NCBI GenBank assembly: GCA_050952645.1
Contig: JBMNLI010000012.1
Coordinates: 224,001-288,000 of the forward strand
Length of the DNA stretch: 64,000 nt
Direction: 5' to 3'
Source of the DNA: Bdellovibrionota bacterium
Lineage (GTDB): Bacteria > Bdellovibrionota_C > UBA2361 > CAKMMH01
The notes below the pieces were generated by a model. The model was not told where the DNA came from. It did not search any database and was given only the letters and a program-made list of their open reading frames with translations. Of this stretch, positions 40,605 through 52,454 are shown one piece after another (positions within the stretch are counted from its first letter, which is position 1; every line of letters begins with the position of its first letter). The position numbers were made by a program, and so were the translations under genes.

Positions 40605-40616
40605 GTTATTTAATCT

Positions 40617-41795
40617 TTAAGTGTTTTCATTTATTTTTAATTTATCTAGATGCTTTCTTATAGAAATAAATTCTAAAAAGATTTCATAAAATAGCAATCC
40701 CATAAATATTCCATCTTTTACTACTGGTACACATAGAGATGAAAAAGAAGATGATAAAGAAGATTTATCGAAAACTTTCTTTACGGTTAAAATATTGCTA
40801 TTAGGTGAAACTTGCGCAGTGATTTTAGTCATAATTTCTTCGATTAAAGGATAGTCATTCATCACTTCGAGTTTAAAATGAATTAAAATTTCGTCTTTTC
40901 TTACAATCCCTATAATTTTATCGTTTACTAAGACGGGGAAAACTTTTTGTGGAAGTTTTATAATATCATCTATAATGCCATCTACTGTATCGGTAGGAGA
41001 TAGCGTTTTTAAGCAATTTTCAGGTGTCATAATTTTTTTTACTGAAAAATCTTTCCCAATGCTTTCAAGTTCTTTAAGGTTTTCTTTGTTTATTACAAAG
41101 TGTGTAAATGATAGAAAAAGAAAAGCATCTTCTATATTTTTAAAAAGGTAAGATAAGATATTAGGAAAACTTAAAGTCTGTTTAGATGTAAAAAATAAAT
41201 CGAGAGACGCCACTGTAGCAAAGTAAGTAAAAGTAAGAAAAATAATGATCGTCTTTTTTTTGAAATTTAAATTTTTATTATAATAAATTTGATTAGAAAA
41301 AATATTTACTAAAAGCAAAAAGATCGGATAAGAAAACGTGCGAAACTCAAGATTATTTGAATAAAGGTATAAGCATAAAATTACGCAAAATATTACATCA
41401 CAAATTAAAATTATAAGATTTGTTAAAAATGATTTTTTTAATTTAAAAGTGTTTAAAGAAACACTTTGAGTATTATTTTGAAAAATTCCAAAAGGATAAA
41501 TAACCGAGTTTTTCTTTTTAAGTAAACTTAGGATGACTTTGTAAATCGTATAAAATATAAAAACTGCGGCATAGCTTTTTATAAAATTAAAAAGCTCGCC
41601 ATTGCTTTCTTTACTAAGATTATAACTAAGATTATAATTTGAATAGTAAATTAAAGGCACTACTAGAAAAAAGAAGACCGATGAATTTATCTTTATTTTG
41701 ATATCTTTTATCTTTATGCTTATATTCCATAGATCATTGCTAAAATCATTGCTATTCATTTTGCTACTCATTTTGCTATTCATTTTGCTACTCAT
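40617..41795 (-). CDS. Membrane protein with tandem C-terminal CBS domains
   Basis: Hydrophobic N-terminal region; VKKIMT...FPVLVNDKIIGIV and PVVKDGIFMGLL. Confidence 0.65.
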   Translation of the reverse strand: MSSKMNSKMSSKMNSNDFSNDLWNISIKIKDIKIKINSSVFFFLVVPLIYYSNYNLSYNLSKESNGELFNFIKSYAAVFIFYTIYKVILSLLKKKNSVIYPFGIFQNNTQSVSLNTFKLKKSFLTNLIILICDVIFCVILCLYLYSNNLEFRTFSYPIFLLLVNIFSNQIYYNKNLNFKKKTIIIFLTFTYFATVASLDLFFTSKQTLSFPNILSYLFKNIEDAFLFLSFTHFVINKENLKELESIGKDFSVKKIMTPENCLKTLSPTDTVDGIIDDIIKLPQKVFPVLVNDKIIGIVRKDEILIHFKLEVMNDYPLIEEIMTKITAQVSPNSNILTVKKVFDKSSLSSSFSSLCVPVVKDGIFMGLLFYEIFLEFISIRKHLDKLKINENT

Positions 41796-42062
41796 TTGTC
41801 AAAATCAACCCCATAAGAACGCTAGCTTGTTAACTAATTAAAAAAGTAATAATAGTTATGCTAGTATACGATAAATTCTTTAAATAAAGAAGCCTTAAGG
41901 CTCTTAATTCATTTATAAAAAGCATAAAGATTGCCACTTTAGATTTTTAACAAATACTTTTTATAAATACTTTTTATAAATACTTTTTATAAAGTCTATT
42001 TTTAATTATTTCAAAATATGGTAATCTTCTTCTTGATATTTTAGTTATAAGGAAAAAATTTT

Positions 42063-42923
42063 ATGGGATGGTTTCTAAGAGATAAAGCACCTAAACCCAC
42101 CACTGGGGGAGAAAGATACAAAGTTCCTGATGATGTTTGGGCGAAGTGTCCTAGTTGCAACGAAATTTTATATACAAAAGAGTTAAGAAAAAACTTGTCT
42201 GTATGTCCTAAGTGTGAGTACCATTTTAGACTTAATTCAAAAGAAAGACTGGATTTAATAGCAGATAGGTTTACTTTTGTAGAGATGAATGAAAATATGC
42301 ACTCTAATGATCCGTTAAATTTCAGAGACACTTGGCGTGGAGTTAGCTATAGAGATAAATTAAGAAAATCTGAAAAGAAATGTAATTATCCATCGGCAGT
42401 AAGAACTGGAAGAGCAAAGATAAATGGAATTTCAGTAATGCTTGGAGTTATGGACTTTAATTTTATGGGTGGAAGTTTAGGGTCTGTGGTTGGTGAAAAG
42501 CTTACCTCCATGATTGAAGAGGCTATAAAAGAAAGGAAACCAGTCGTTATAGTGTCTGCCTCAGGTGGAGCTAGAATGCAAGAGGGGATGATTTCTTTAA
42601 TGCAAATGGCAAAGGTAAGTGCCGCTATTGCTAAGCTTGGAGAAAATAAACTTCCGTATATTTCCGTTTTAACCGATCCGACTACTGGTGGCGTTGCGGC
42701 GTCTTTTGCAATGCTTGGTGATATAAATATCGCTGAGCCTAAAGCTCTTATAGGGTTTGCAGGACCTAGAGTAGTCGAGAAAACGATAAATCAAAAACTT
42801 CCCGAAGGGTTTCAGCGTTCTGAGTTTTTATTAGAACATGGCATGGTCGATTTAATCGTTGAAAGAAGTAAATTAAAAGATAAGATATCTACAATTTTGA
42901 GTCATTTTTCAAATGAAATATAG
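42063..42923 (+). CDS. accD: Acetyl-CoA carboxylase carboxyltransferase beta subunit
   Basis: C4 zinc finger, FMGGSLG, SGGARMQEG, PTTGGV, GFAGPRV. Confidence 0.97.
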   Translation: MGWFLRDKAPKPTTGGERYKVPDDVWAKCPSCNEILYTKELRKNLSVCPKCEYHFRLNSKERLDLIADRFTFVEMNENMHSNDPLNFRDTWRGVSYRDKLRKSEKKCNYPSAVRTGRAKINGISVMLGVMDFNFMGGSLGSVVGEKLTSMIEEAIKERKPVVIVSASGGARMQEGMISLMQMAKVSAAIAKLGENKLPYISVLTDPTTGGVAASFAMLGDINIAEPKALIGFAGPRVVEKTINQKLPEGFQRSEFLLEHGMVDLIVERSKLKDKISTILSHFSNEI

Positions 42924-42966
42924 AAAAATTAAAATTAAATTATTATAAATTATAAGGTATAATTTT

Positions 42967-45468
42967 ATGCGAAAAATATTTTTTTGTTTAGTTGTGCTTT
43001 GTTTGGTTTTATTTACTAAAGATATAAATATAGTATCGGCCATAGAGGTTGAGGCACCGTCTAATAGATATTTATTCAAAAAAGACACTAAGCAATATAA
43101 AAAAGAAAAAAAGCGAAAGATAAAACAGATAATTTCCTCAGAACGACCTGTAGATAAGGCCTTAGATTTTAATTCACCAAATATAGAATTTCTTCAAGAT
43201 GCAAATCAAGTAAGAGGCTCCGGGGGAGTGATAATTTCACACTATGGAATGGGTGCGCAGTCTGATGTTGCGGTTGCTAATTTAAAAACGAAAGATGCTA
43301 TATTGTTTAATGACGTGCTTTTCACGATGGACGAAGCATCGATTACAGCAAGAGAGGCAGATTTTAATTTTGATAGCGAGAAGGGAAGCTTTAGTAATTC
43401 AGAGTTAGTAATAGAAGAAGGAAACTATAAGTTTTCTTCCGATAAGTTAAAGAAAGTAGATGATGATAATTTTGAAGCTAGTAAGTGTGCTTTTTCCTCT
43501 TGTCATTGTTTAGAAAGCAAAGACCCTTGGAGTATAAAAGCCGATAATTTAAAGATCACAAGGGAGGGGTATGCAAGGGGCTGGAATGCAAGTTTTAATT
43601 TAAACGATGTGCCAGTAGTTTACTTGCCTTATGTCGCTTTTCCAGTTAAGCAAGAAAGAAGCTCAGGGCTTTTAATTCCTGAATTTAGCCATAGTAGTAA
43701 AGATGGCTTTGGTTATAAACAGCCAGTTTTTTTTGCTCTAACCGATCAAACCGATATAACCATATCTCCATTTGTGCAAACTAAAACTAGGGCAGGTTCT
43801 GCTTTCGATTTTAGAACTGCTTTTTCAGAGAGAAATAATGTAAAGAGTAGATTTTATTTTTCAGACGAAAGTAGTAGAGATGGAGATTTAAGAGGGTTAG
43901 ACGTCTCGGGAATGACAGACCCTAATTTTGATGAAAATAGGTTTGCAGCTTTTTATAATCAAGCTTGGACTAGTAAAAAGGGAGCGAGCATTCCTACTAC
44001 CTTAGTTTCAGATATCCATTATGCTAGCGATGATTTATTTATTAGAGAAATTGAAGATAATGATATAGGAGAAAGCACTTCTTCTTATTTAACTTCAAAA
44101 GTAGCACTAACGACATCACCTCTAGATTTTTTAGTAGCTGGAGTTTCTTCTGAATATAACCAAGCGATGTATACCGATGATGATTTAGTATTTCAAAGAT
44201 TGCCTGAGTTTACAGTAAATTCGCTAAATAATTTTAGACCTTTTGGGCATAATCCTTATGGTCTTAAGTTGGTATTTAAAAACGATTTATCTGCGACTAA
44301 TTTTTCAAGAAAAGAAGGCTATGAAGGTTGGCGCACTAGTTTAATTCCATCTATAAAAATGCCGTTTCATTATAAAAACTATTTCGATAGTGCTTTTCAA
44401 GTTTCTTACAATTACGCAAATTATAGTTTATCTGAAAAGAAGATCCCTGGCTCTAATATTTCTTATGATGAGCAAGGAAATAGTATAGAAACCGATGTTT
44501 TTAAAGAGTTTGATTCTGGGTCTAGAAGTATTCCTATTTTCGATTACAAAATAGGAACTGGAGTAGAAAAGGTTTATAACACTGATGAAGATTCCATTCT
44601 TGCTAGACTTACAACGCTAGGTGCCGACAACTCGGGAGCGATGCTAAAAAGGCTAAAAAATACGATAGAGCCATCGGTTAGCTACAAGTATGTTCCTGAT
44701 GTAGACCAAGACGATCTGCCGTATTTTGATTCTAATGATAGAATGCGAAAGGCAGGAGTGGTTACTTACCAAGTAAAAACGTCTCTATTTGGTAGATATA
44801 TGCCAAGGTATGCAGTATCGGAAAAAATTAGCGAGCTTACTCCTGAGCTAAAAGATTTACCTTTAATCGACACTGGTGAGCTTGGAAGTTTAGGAGAGGC
44901 GTCTGCTTATAATATGCCAAGGATGGATTACACTTTTGAAAAAGGCTCGATTCGTGAACTTATGGCTTTTACGTTAAAGCAAAGTTATGACCATACTATC
45001 GACGAGGAAATAGATGGCACGGATAATATGTCTGATATAGAAGCAGATTTAGATTTATATTTTAGTAATTATTTTGCTACTAAATTAGAGAGTAATATAG
45101 ATAATGATTCTGGGTCTATAAATTCTTATGGTATTTCTGCTTACTTAAAAGATGATAGGGGAGATGTTTTTAAACTTAGGTATTCGTTTTTAGACGATGT
45201 TCTCGAGCAGCTCGAAGGAAATATCGAACTAGCTTGGACAGATCGTTTTAGAACTGGTTATTATACTAGGTACGATGTCGACTCTAGCGATTTTATCGAG
45301 CAACAGATAGCATTTAGAATTATGAGTGCTTGTGATTGTTGGCATATAGATTTAGGGCTAAGCGATAAGACTAATCCAGATAGAAAAAAAGTGATATTAA
45401 GTTTTGCATTAGGAGATTTAGGAGGACTTACTCAATCTTTTGGTGTGGGAAATGATACGAATAGATAA
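42967..45468 (+). CDS. lptD: LPS assembly outer-membrane protein LptD
   Basis: Signal peptide, FSSC...PWSI, LPY.AFP...RSSGLLIP, QRLPE, C-terminal CW motif. Confidence 0.88.
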   Translation: MRKIFFCLVVLCLVLFTKDINIVSAIEVEAPSNRYLFKKDTKQYKKEKKRKIKQIISSERPVDKALDFNSPNIEFLQDANQVRGSGGVIISHYGMGAQSDVAVANLKTKDAILFNDVLFTMDEASITAREADFNFDSEKGSFSNSELVIEEGNYKFSSDKLKKVDDDNFEASKCAFSSCHCLESKDPWSIKADNLKITREGYARGWNASFNLNDVPVVYLPYVAFPVKQERSSGLLIPEFSHSSKDGFGYKQPVFFALTDQTDITISPFVQTKTRAGSAFDFRTAFSERNNVKSRFYFSDESSRDGDLRGLDVSGMTDPNFDENRFAAFYNQAWTSKKGASIPTTLVSDIHYASDDLFIREIEDNDIGESTSSYLTSKVALTTSPLDFLVAGVSSEYNQAMYTDDDLVFQRLPEFTVNSLNNFRPFGHNPYGLKLVFKNDLSATNFSRKEGYEGWRTSLIPSIKMPFHYKNYFDSAFQVSYNYANYSLSEKKIPGSNISYDEQGNSIETDVFKEFDSGSRSIPIFDYKIGTGVEKVYNTDEDSILARLTTLGADNSGAMLKRLKNTIEPSVSYKYVPDVDQDDLPYFDSNDRMRKAGVVTYQVKTSLFGRYMPRYAVSEKISELTPELKDLPLIDTGELGSLGEASAYNMPRMDYTFEKGSIRELMAFTLKQSYDHTIDEEIDGTDNMSDIEADLDLYFSNYFATKLESNIDNDSGSINSYGISAYLKDDRGDVFKLRYSFLDDVLEQLEGNIELAWTDRFRTGYYTRYDVDSSDFIEQQIAFRIMSACDCWHIDLGLSDKTNPDRKKVILSFALGDLGGLTQSFGVGNDTNR

Positions 45469-45476
45469 GATTTTTT

Positions 45477-45516
45477 AATTTCGAGATCTTAAACCACGCT
45501 TTAAGCGTGTAGAGCT
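45477..45516 (+). mobile_element. Degenerate right-end fragment of MITE family 1
   Basis: aaaccacgctttaagcgtgtagagct resembles aaacccaccttaaaacgtgaagagcc. Confidence 0.5.
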
Positions 45517-45553
45517 ATTTTTTAAAAAAGTTTTTTAAAGGAGTTAGCTACAG

Positions 45554-45868
45554 ATGGAAGATAATATATCGGCACAAGATAAAGTTTTAATACTTAAAAA
45601 GCATTTATTAGATGGCGTTCCTATTTCAGAGTTGTGTAAGGAGTATGAGATAGATGTGCAAGATTTCTATAAATGGCAAAAGGTGCTATTTGAGCAAGGC
45701 TCTAAAGTTTTTAAAAATAAAACAAAACAAGACCGCTTAGAAAAAAAGATTGACAAATTAGAGGAAAAGATAGCTAAACGTGAAGACGCTATAGCAGAGC
45801 TACAAAAAGCTAATAAAGCGTTAAGGGAAATTCAGTTTAACGACATCATTTTAGGGCAAGGCTTATAA
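45554..45868 (+). CDS. Stand-alone HTH + coiled-coil protein resembling IS3-family OrfA
   Basis: KVLILKKHLLDGVPISELCKEYEI...FYKWQK followed by leucine-zipper-like segment; no OrfB downstream. Confidence 0.65.
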   Translation: MEDNISAQDKVLILKKHLLDGVPISELCKEYEIDVQDFYKWQKVLFEQGSKVFKNKTKQDRLEKKIDKLEEKIAKREDAIAELQKANKALREIQFNDIILGQGL

Positions 45869-45940
45869 CTAAAAAAATGTCGTTATTATTTTGATTTTTT
45901 AAAATTAAGTAAAATTAAACAATAAAGGAATTTTTTATTT

Positions 45941-46966
45941 ATGAATATTATAGTTACTGGTGGCGCTGGGTTTATAGGAAGTAATTTCGTATATTTTCTA
46001 TTAAAGAATAGGAAAGAGTGGAATATAACCGTTATAGATGATCTAACTTATGCTGGAAATTTAGAAAACATAGCAAAGTTGATAGATGATAATAAGATAA
46101 AGTTTATAAAAGCTAATATCGTTGATGGTAAAAAAATCGATGAGTGTTTTGAAGCTTTAAAACCTGATTACGTAGTTAATTTTGCCGCTGAAACACACGT
46201 AGATAGATCTATATTAAGTGCAGCTGAGTTTGTAAGCACAAACGTGCTTGGAACTCAAGTGTTATTAAATGCTAGCATGGCGCATGGAGCAAAAAGATAC
46301 GTTCAGATTTCTACAGATGAGGTCTACGGAGCTCTTGGAAAAGAGGGTTCATTTTATGAACACACTCCATTAAACCCAACTAGTCCATATTCTGCATCGA
46401 AAGCAGGGGCAGATTTTTTAGTAAATGCTTTTTTTAAAACTTATAGTCTAGATGTATGTATAACTAGATGCACTAATAATTATGGACCATACCAATTTCC
46501 AGAAAAGCTTATTCCTTTATTTTTAACTAACGCACTAGATGATAAAGACTTGCCGCTTTATGGTGATGGTATGAATGTTAGAAGTTGGATATACGTAGAT
46601 GATCATTTAGATGCCATTTTAAAGGTTCTTGAAAATGGGAGAGCAGGAGAGGTTTATAATATTGGTGGCTCGGTTGAAGCAGAGATCCCTAATAAGATAG
46701 TTGCAGAAAAGATATTAAAAATTATAGGAAAACCTACTAGTTTAATAAAGTATGTAAAAGATAGGGTGGGGCATGATTTTAGATATTCAGTAGATTGCAC
46801 TAAGATAAAGAATGAATTAGGTTGGGAGCCTAAAATAAATTTTGAAGACGGATTGCAAAAAACGATTAATTGGTATTTAGAAAACGAAAATTGGTGGAAA
46901 AAGGTAAAAAGTGCTGAATATCAAGCTTACTATGAGTTAAATTATAAGGATAGGTTTGAAAAATAA
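45941..46966 (+). CDS. rfbB: dTDP-glucose 4,6-dehydratase
   Basis: GGAGFIG, FAAETHVDRSI, STDEVYG, PYSASKA, QFPEKLIP. Confidence 0.96.
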   Translation: MNIIVTGGAGFIGSNFVYFLLKNRKEWNITVIDDLTYAGNLENIAKLIDDNKIKFIKANIVDGKKIDECFEALKPDYVVNFAAETHVDRSILSAAEFVSTNVLGTQVLLNASMAHGAKRYVQISTDEVYGALGKEGSFYEHTPLNPTSPYSASKAGADFLVNAFFKTYSLDVCITRCTNNYGPYQFPEKLIPLFLTNALDDKDLPLYGDGMNVRSWIYVDDHLDAILKVLENGRAGEVYNIGGSVEAEIPNKIVAEKILKIIGKPTSLIKYVKDRVGHDFRYSVDCTKIKNELGWEPKINFEDGLQKTINWYLENENWWKKVKSAEYQAYYELNYKDRFEK

Positions 46967-47030
46967 GTATAAATAGTATATTTTTACTAATGTTTTATTA
47001 AATTTAATTTATTAAATTTTTATTAAAAAA

Positions 47031-47999
47031 GTGCGATGTATGAGTTTAGGAACAACGAGTTTAAAAACAAAGAAGAGTAGTTCGGGAGTAGATTATTTAA
47101 TAACTGGTGCTAACGGTCAGTTAGGAAGAGAGCTACAAGATAAATTATCACCACTAAAAAATGTAAGTTTTGAAGCTTTTAGTAGAGAGGGGCTAGATAT
47201 AACTAACCCTACACAACTTGAAGAAGCCGTTGATAAATATAATCCAGAATATATCATAAACTGCGCTGCCTTTACAGCAGTAGATTCAGCTGAAAGTGGC
47301 GAAGGACAAAAGCAATGTGAAGAAATAAATCATAAAGCGGTTGAACGTTTAGCAAATTTAGCAATAAAATATGGTTTTAAATTAATTCATATATCTACAG
47401 ATTATGTTTTTGGTAGAAGAGAAGGTCCCGCATTAACTGAGGAGGATGAAACTCAGCCTTTAAATGTTTATGGAAAAACGAAGCTATTAGGAGAAGAGGC
47501 TATAAGAAAGGCTTTAACTTTAAAAGATAAAAATAATTATCTTATCGTTAGAACTTCTTCAGTTCACGGGCAATACGGCAAGAATTTCGTTAAGACTATG
47601 ATAAGAAAATTACTTGAAGAAGATGAGATAACTGTAGTAGGCGATCAAATTATGAACCCTACTTATGCAGGATATTTAGCAGATACTATTTTAGAGCTTA
47701 ATAATAAAGGAGCTACTGGGACATTTAACGTGTCGAATACTGGAGAAATTTCTTGGTATGATTTTGTTCTAGAAATAAGAGATTGTTTATCTCAAGTTAA
47801 GCCTGAAGTAATGGGTGTAATAATTAAACGTTGTACGAGTAAAGAGTTTCAAGAAAAGGCAAATAGGCTCGTTGCAGATAGGCCTGAATACTCGGCGTTT
47901 AAATTAACTAAGCTAGAAGATTTTTTAAAGAAAAAAGCGATGACTTGGCAAGGTGGTTTAAAAGAGCATTTTAATGATCTTGGATATATGGTAAAATAA
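47031..47999 (+). CDS. rfbD: dTDP-4-dehydrorhamnose reductase (likely start ATG 47040)
   Basis: GANGQLG, AAFTAVDSAE, STDYVF, YGKTKLLGE. Confidence 0.93.
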   Translation: MRCMSLGTTSLKTKKSSSGVDYLITGANGQLGRELQDKLSPLKNVSFEAFSREGLDITNPTQLEEAVDKYNPEYIINCAAFTAVDSAESGEGQKQCEEINHKAVERLANLAIKYGFKLIHISTDYVFGRREGPALTEEDETQPLNVYGKTKLLGEEAIRKALTLKDKNNYLIVRTSSVHGQYGKNFVKTMIRKLLEEDEITVVGDQIMNPTYAGYLADTILELNNKGATGTFNVSNTGEISWYDFVLEIRDCLSQVKPEVMGVIIKRCTSKEFQEKANRLVADRPEYSAFKLTKLEDFLKKKAMTWQGGLKEHFNDLGYMVK

Positions 48000-48045
48000 G
48001 TTTGTTTTTTGGATTATTTAATTATTAGTAGGAGATTAAAAATTT

Positions 48046-49113
48046 ATGAATCCTAACGTATACATGGTTATAATGGCAGGAGGTGGTGGAACTCGCTTCT
48101 GGCCTTTAGGTAAAAAAGCGATGCCTAAACAATTTTTATCAATTTCTAAAAATGGCGTAAGCATGATAGCAAATACTGCTAACAGAGCAAAAAGATTTAC
48201 TAATAATGATGTTCACGTAGTAACTAATAAAAAATATGCAGACTTAGTAAGGTCTCATATAAATAATGCTAGGATTATTTGTGAGCCAGTAGCTAAAAAC
48301 ACGGCTCCTCCTATCGGGCTTGCAGCCTTATATTTATTAAAACAAAACAAAGATGCCATTATGATAGTTTGCCCATCTGATCACGTGATAAAAAATTTAG
48401 ATAAACTAATAGAAATTTATAAAGAGGCTATTGCTCTAGCGGAAAGTAGAAAGACGCTTATAACAATAGGCGTAACTCCAGAGTATCCTCATACGGGCTA
48501 TGGTTATATAAAAATGGGTGAGCATATTTCTAATAATTCTTATACGGTAGAGAGGTTTGTTGAAAAGCCAAAGTTAGAATTAGCTAAGGAATATATTGCA
48601 ACTAAAAAGTATTTATGGAATAGTGGAATTTTTGTATGGCGTGCAGACGTTATTTTAAGGAAAATAAAAGAGTATATGCCTAACCTTTATGAAAATTTAA
48701 TGGTTATAAATGAGGCTATCGGCACACCTAATGAAAATAGCGTAATTGAAGAGTATTTCCCTAAGATTGAAGCACAAAGTATTGACTATGGTGTTATGGA
48801 AAAAGCTAAAGACGTTTGCATAGTAAAAGCGGATAATTTGTGTTGGAATGATGTTGGCTCTTTAAAAGAGTGGGGAGATAATTTTAGCAAAGATAGTGAT
48901 GGCAATGTAAATGTTGGAAATGGTCTTCTTATCAATACTAAAAACTCTATTTGTTTTGCTGAAAGTGATATTCCTACATTTTTATTAAATGTGGAAAATG
49001 TTATAGTAGTAAACACTGGTAAGGAGGTTTTAGTTTGTGATAAGGATACTTCGCAAGATGTTAAGCTTATAGTAGAAGAGCTTAAAAAACAAAATAGAGA
49101 GGATTTGCTTTAA
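48046..49113 (+). CDS. manC: Mannose-1-phosphate guanylyltransferase (monofunctional, no cupin)
   Basis: AGGGGTRFWP, PKQF, PSDH, GYGYI, FVEKP, WNSG, WNDVG. Confidence 0.92.
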   Translation: MNPNVYMVIMAGGGGTRFWPLGKKAMPKQFLSISKNGVSMIANTANRAKRFTNNDVHVVTNKKYADLVRSHINNARIICEPVAKNTAPPIGLAALYLLKQNKDAIMIVCPSDHVIKNLDKLIEIYKEAIALAESRKTLITIGVTPEYPHTGYGYIKMGEHISNNSYTVERFVEKPKLELAKEYIATKKYLWNSGIFVWRADVILRKIKEYMPNLYENLMVINEAIGTPNENSVIEEYFPKIEAQSIDYGVMEKAKDVCIVKADNLCWNDVGSLKEWGDNFSKDSDGNVNVGNGLLINTKNSICFAESDIPTFLLNVENVIVVNTGKEVLVCDKDTSQDVKLIVEELKKQNREDLL

Positions 49114-49252
49114 GGATTTATTATAAAATTATAGTTTTTTAAGTTTTAAGTATTTTATATTTAGCAAAATTTTTTTAAAGCTAATTTTCTTTAAGGCTTC
49201 GTGGGTGTGGGAGACTTGAGAAGTAGAATTTTTATTTGTAGACTTAATTTAA

Positions 49253-50263
<1,011 letters not shown>

Positions 50264-50609
50264 GCGGTGAAAAATAACTCAAAGTAAGCTTGTATCGTAC
50301 TTATAGACTTATATTTACGCTTTTTGCTTGTCTTAGATTATTATATGCGTTTATAATGCTCTTAAAAGTATGCTAAAGTTTTGTTTCTACTTGGTTTTCT
50401 TATAGTTTTAGTTAGTTTTTATAGAATAGTTTCAAATTTTAAGAATTTGATATATAATAAATCTCTTTTACTAGAAAAGAAAATCTTGTTTTATAGATTT
50501 TGTTTTTTAATAAAGAGACTTAAAAGAAAATTTTAATCTTTAGAAAGTTTAACAAGGATAAGTTTTATTAAGATTAAAAAGTAGTAAAATTATAAAGGAA
50601 TATAATTAT

Positions 50610-52436
50610 ATGACTGAAGATAAGAAAAAGGATAAGAAAACTCCTACCGAAATTATTACCGATGGAGAAACGGTTTTTCATCCAAAGGTTTGGGGAGGAG
50701 AATATTGGATCGTTAATAAGGAATACTGTGGTAAAAAATTAATTCTCAATAAGGGTTATCGTTGCAGTTCGCATCACCATCAGATTAAAGATGAAACTTT
50801 TTTTATTATTTCCGGAAAAGTTTTAATGGAAATAGGTGATGAGCGTAAAATATTAAATGTTGGAGATAAGCAGTATATTCCAATAGGTGTTAACCATAGA
50901 TTTACGGGGCTTGAAGATAGTGAGATAATTGAATTTTCTACTCATCATATGGAAGATGATAGTTATAGGGAAACGGAATCGGAGAAAGTTCCTGAAGATG
51001 AGTTTAATAAGCTTTTAACTGAAGAATGGGATAGCTACGTAAATATAAGTGCGTTTAAGCGCATGAATATGCTTGTTATAGGCGATGTGATGTTAGATGT
51101 GTATCAAAGCGGTGTAGTAGAAAGACTGATGCCCGATTCGCCTAATGCTATCGTAAAAATAACTAATGTCGATTATTTTCTAGGTGGCATGGGAAATCTA
51201 ACATCTAACTTAAAGAGTTTAGGAGGAGACGTAACTGTAATTTCTGCTGTTGGAAAAGATGAGCACGCAAACAAAGTCCGTGAGGTATTAGACAGTAAAA
51301 AAATAACTGGTAAACTTTATGTGGTAGATGAGCCAACGATTTCTAAGATAAATATTTTTGGTACTAGACCAGGGGCAGAAAGCCAAAAAATGTTAAGGAT
51401 TGATATTGAAGAGCCTATAAAGTTATCTAAAAAAATGGAAGATGAAATTATTTCTTATATAGATGGTAATATTTCTAAATTTAATGCATTAGTAATATCC
51501 GATTATAATAAGGGAATGTGCACAGAGAGAGTTTGTAAGGAAGCTATAAAGATAGCAAGAAAGAATAATATTCCATCTATTGTAGACCCAAAAGGTAAAA
51601 ACTGGGATAAATATAGTGGTGCTACTATAGCTAAGCCAAATATCGCAGAGCTATCGGCTGCATTAGGAAAGACTGTAGATAATGATAATGATAAGCAAGT
51701 CTCAGAATGTGGAAGAGAGCTTTTAGAAAAGGCCGATATGGATTATTTATTAGTATCTCGCTCTGAAAATGGCGTAACGCTATGCTCGAAAAATCTATTT
51801 GAAGAATTTTCACTATTACCTAGTTCAGATAAGGTATTAAATGTAGCTGGTGTAGGTGATACGATGGTAGCGGCTCTTTCGCTAGCACTAGCATCTAAGA
51901 TGTCTATAAGAAATGCCGTTAATGTATCTAATATAGCGGCAGGCTGTGCTTGTGCGAAAATGGAGGTAGCATCGATAGATTTTGATGAATTAAATTATAG
52001 GCTAGCATTAAGAGCTAGTGATTCAAAGATAGTAGATGTAAGCGTAATAAAACCTCTAGTAGAATTTTTAAAGAAATCTGGAGAGAAGATAGTGTTTACG
52101 AATGGTTATTATGATGTGATAAATAATAATCATATAGAACATTTCAAGCAAGCTAAAGCTTTAGGTGATGTTTTAATAGTTGGGGTAAATTCAGATATTT
52201 CTGCAAAAAATAATCAGATAAAATTGTTTAATAATGAAATGTCTAGACTTTCTTTCTTATCTAATATTTCGATAATAGACTACCTAGTATCGTTCGATTC
52301 TAGTAATCCAAATAATTTACTTGAACAAATCTGGCCAGATGTAATAGTAAAAGGCGGTAATTACAAGAAAGAAGAGATTGTAGGTAGAGAGTACGCTAAG
52401 GAAGCCGTTATCTTGCCTTACGTAAGTAATAGGTAA
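50610..52436 (+). CDS. hldE: Cupin + heptose-7-phosphate kinase + adenylyltransferase fusion (HldE-like)
   Basis: N-terminal cupin (KVWG...HHHQIKDETF...HRF), PfkB domain (GDVMLD, SDYNKG, VDPK, GDT), RfaE-II domain (FTNG, VGVNSD, KGGNY). Confidence 0.85.
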   Translation: MTEDKKKDKKTPTEIITDGETVFHPKVWGGEYWIVNKEYCGKKLILNKGYRCSSHHHQIKDETFFIISGKVLMEIGDERKILNVGDKQYIPIGVNHRFTGLEDSEIIEFSTHHMEDDSYRETESEKVPEDEFNKLLTEEWDSYVNISAFKRMNMLVIGDVMLDVYQSGVVERLMPDSPNAIVKITNVDYFLGGMGNLTSNLKSLGGDVTVISAVGKDEHANKVREVLDSKKITGKLYVVDEPTISKINIFGTRPGAESQKMLRIDIEEPIKLSKKMEDEIISYIDGNISKFNALVISDYNKGMCTERVCKEAIKIARKNNIPSIVDPKGKNWDKYSGATIAKPNIAELSAALGKTVDNDNDKQVSECGRELLEKADMDYLLVSRSENGVTLCSKNLFEEFSLLPSSDKVLNVAGVGDTMVAALSLALASKMSIRNAVNVSNIAAGCACAKMEVASIDFDELNYRLALRASDSKIVDVSVIKPLVEFLKKSGEKIVFTNGYYDVINNNHIEHFKQAKALGDVLIVGVNSDISAKNNQIKLFNNEMSRLSFLSNISIIDYLVSFDSSNPNNLLEQIWPDVIVKGGNYKKEEIVGREYAKEAVILPYVSNR

Positions 52437-52454
52437 AACAAGTAGGTAAAACCC

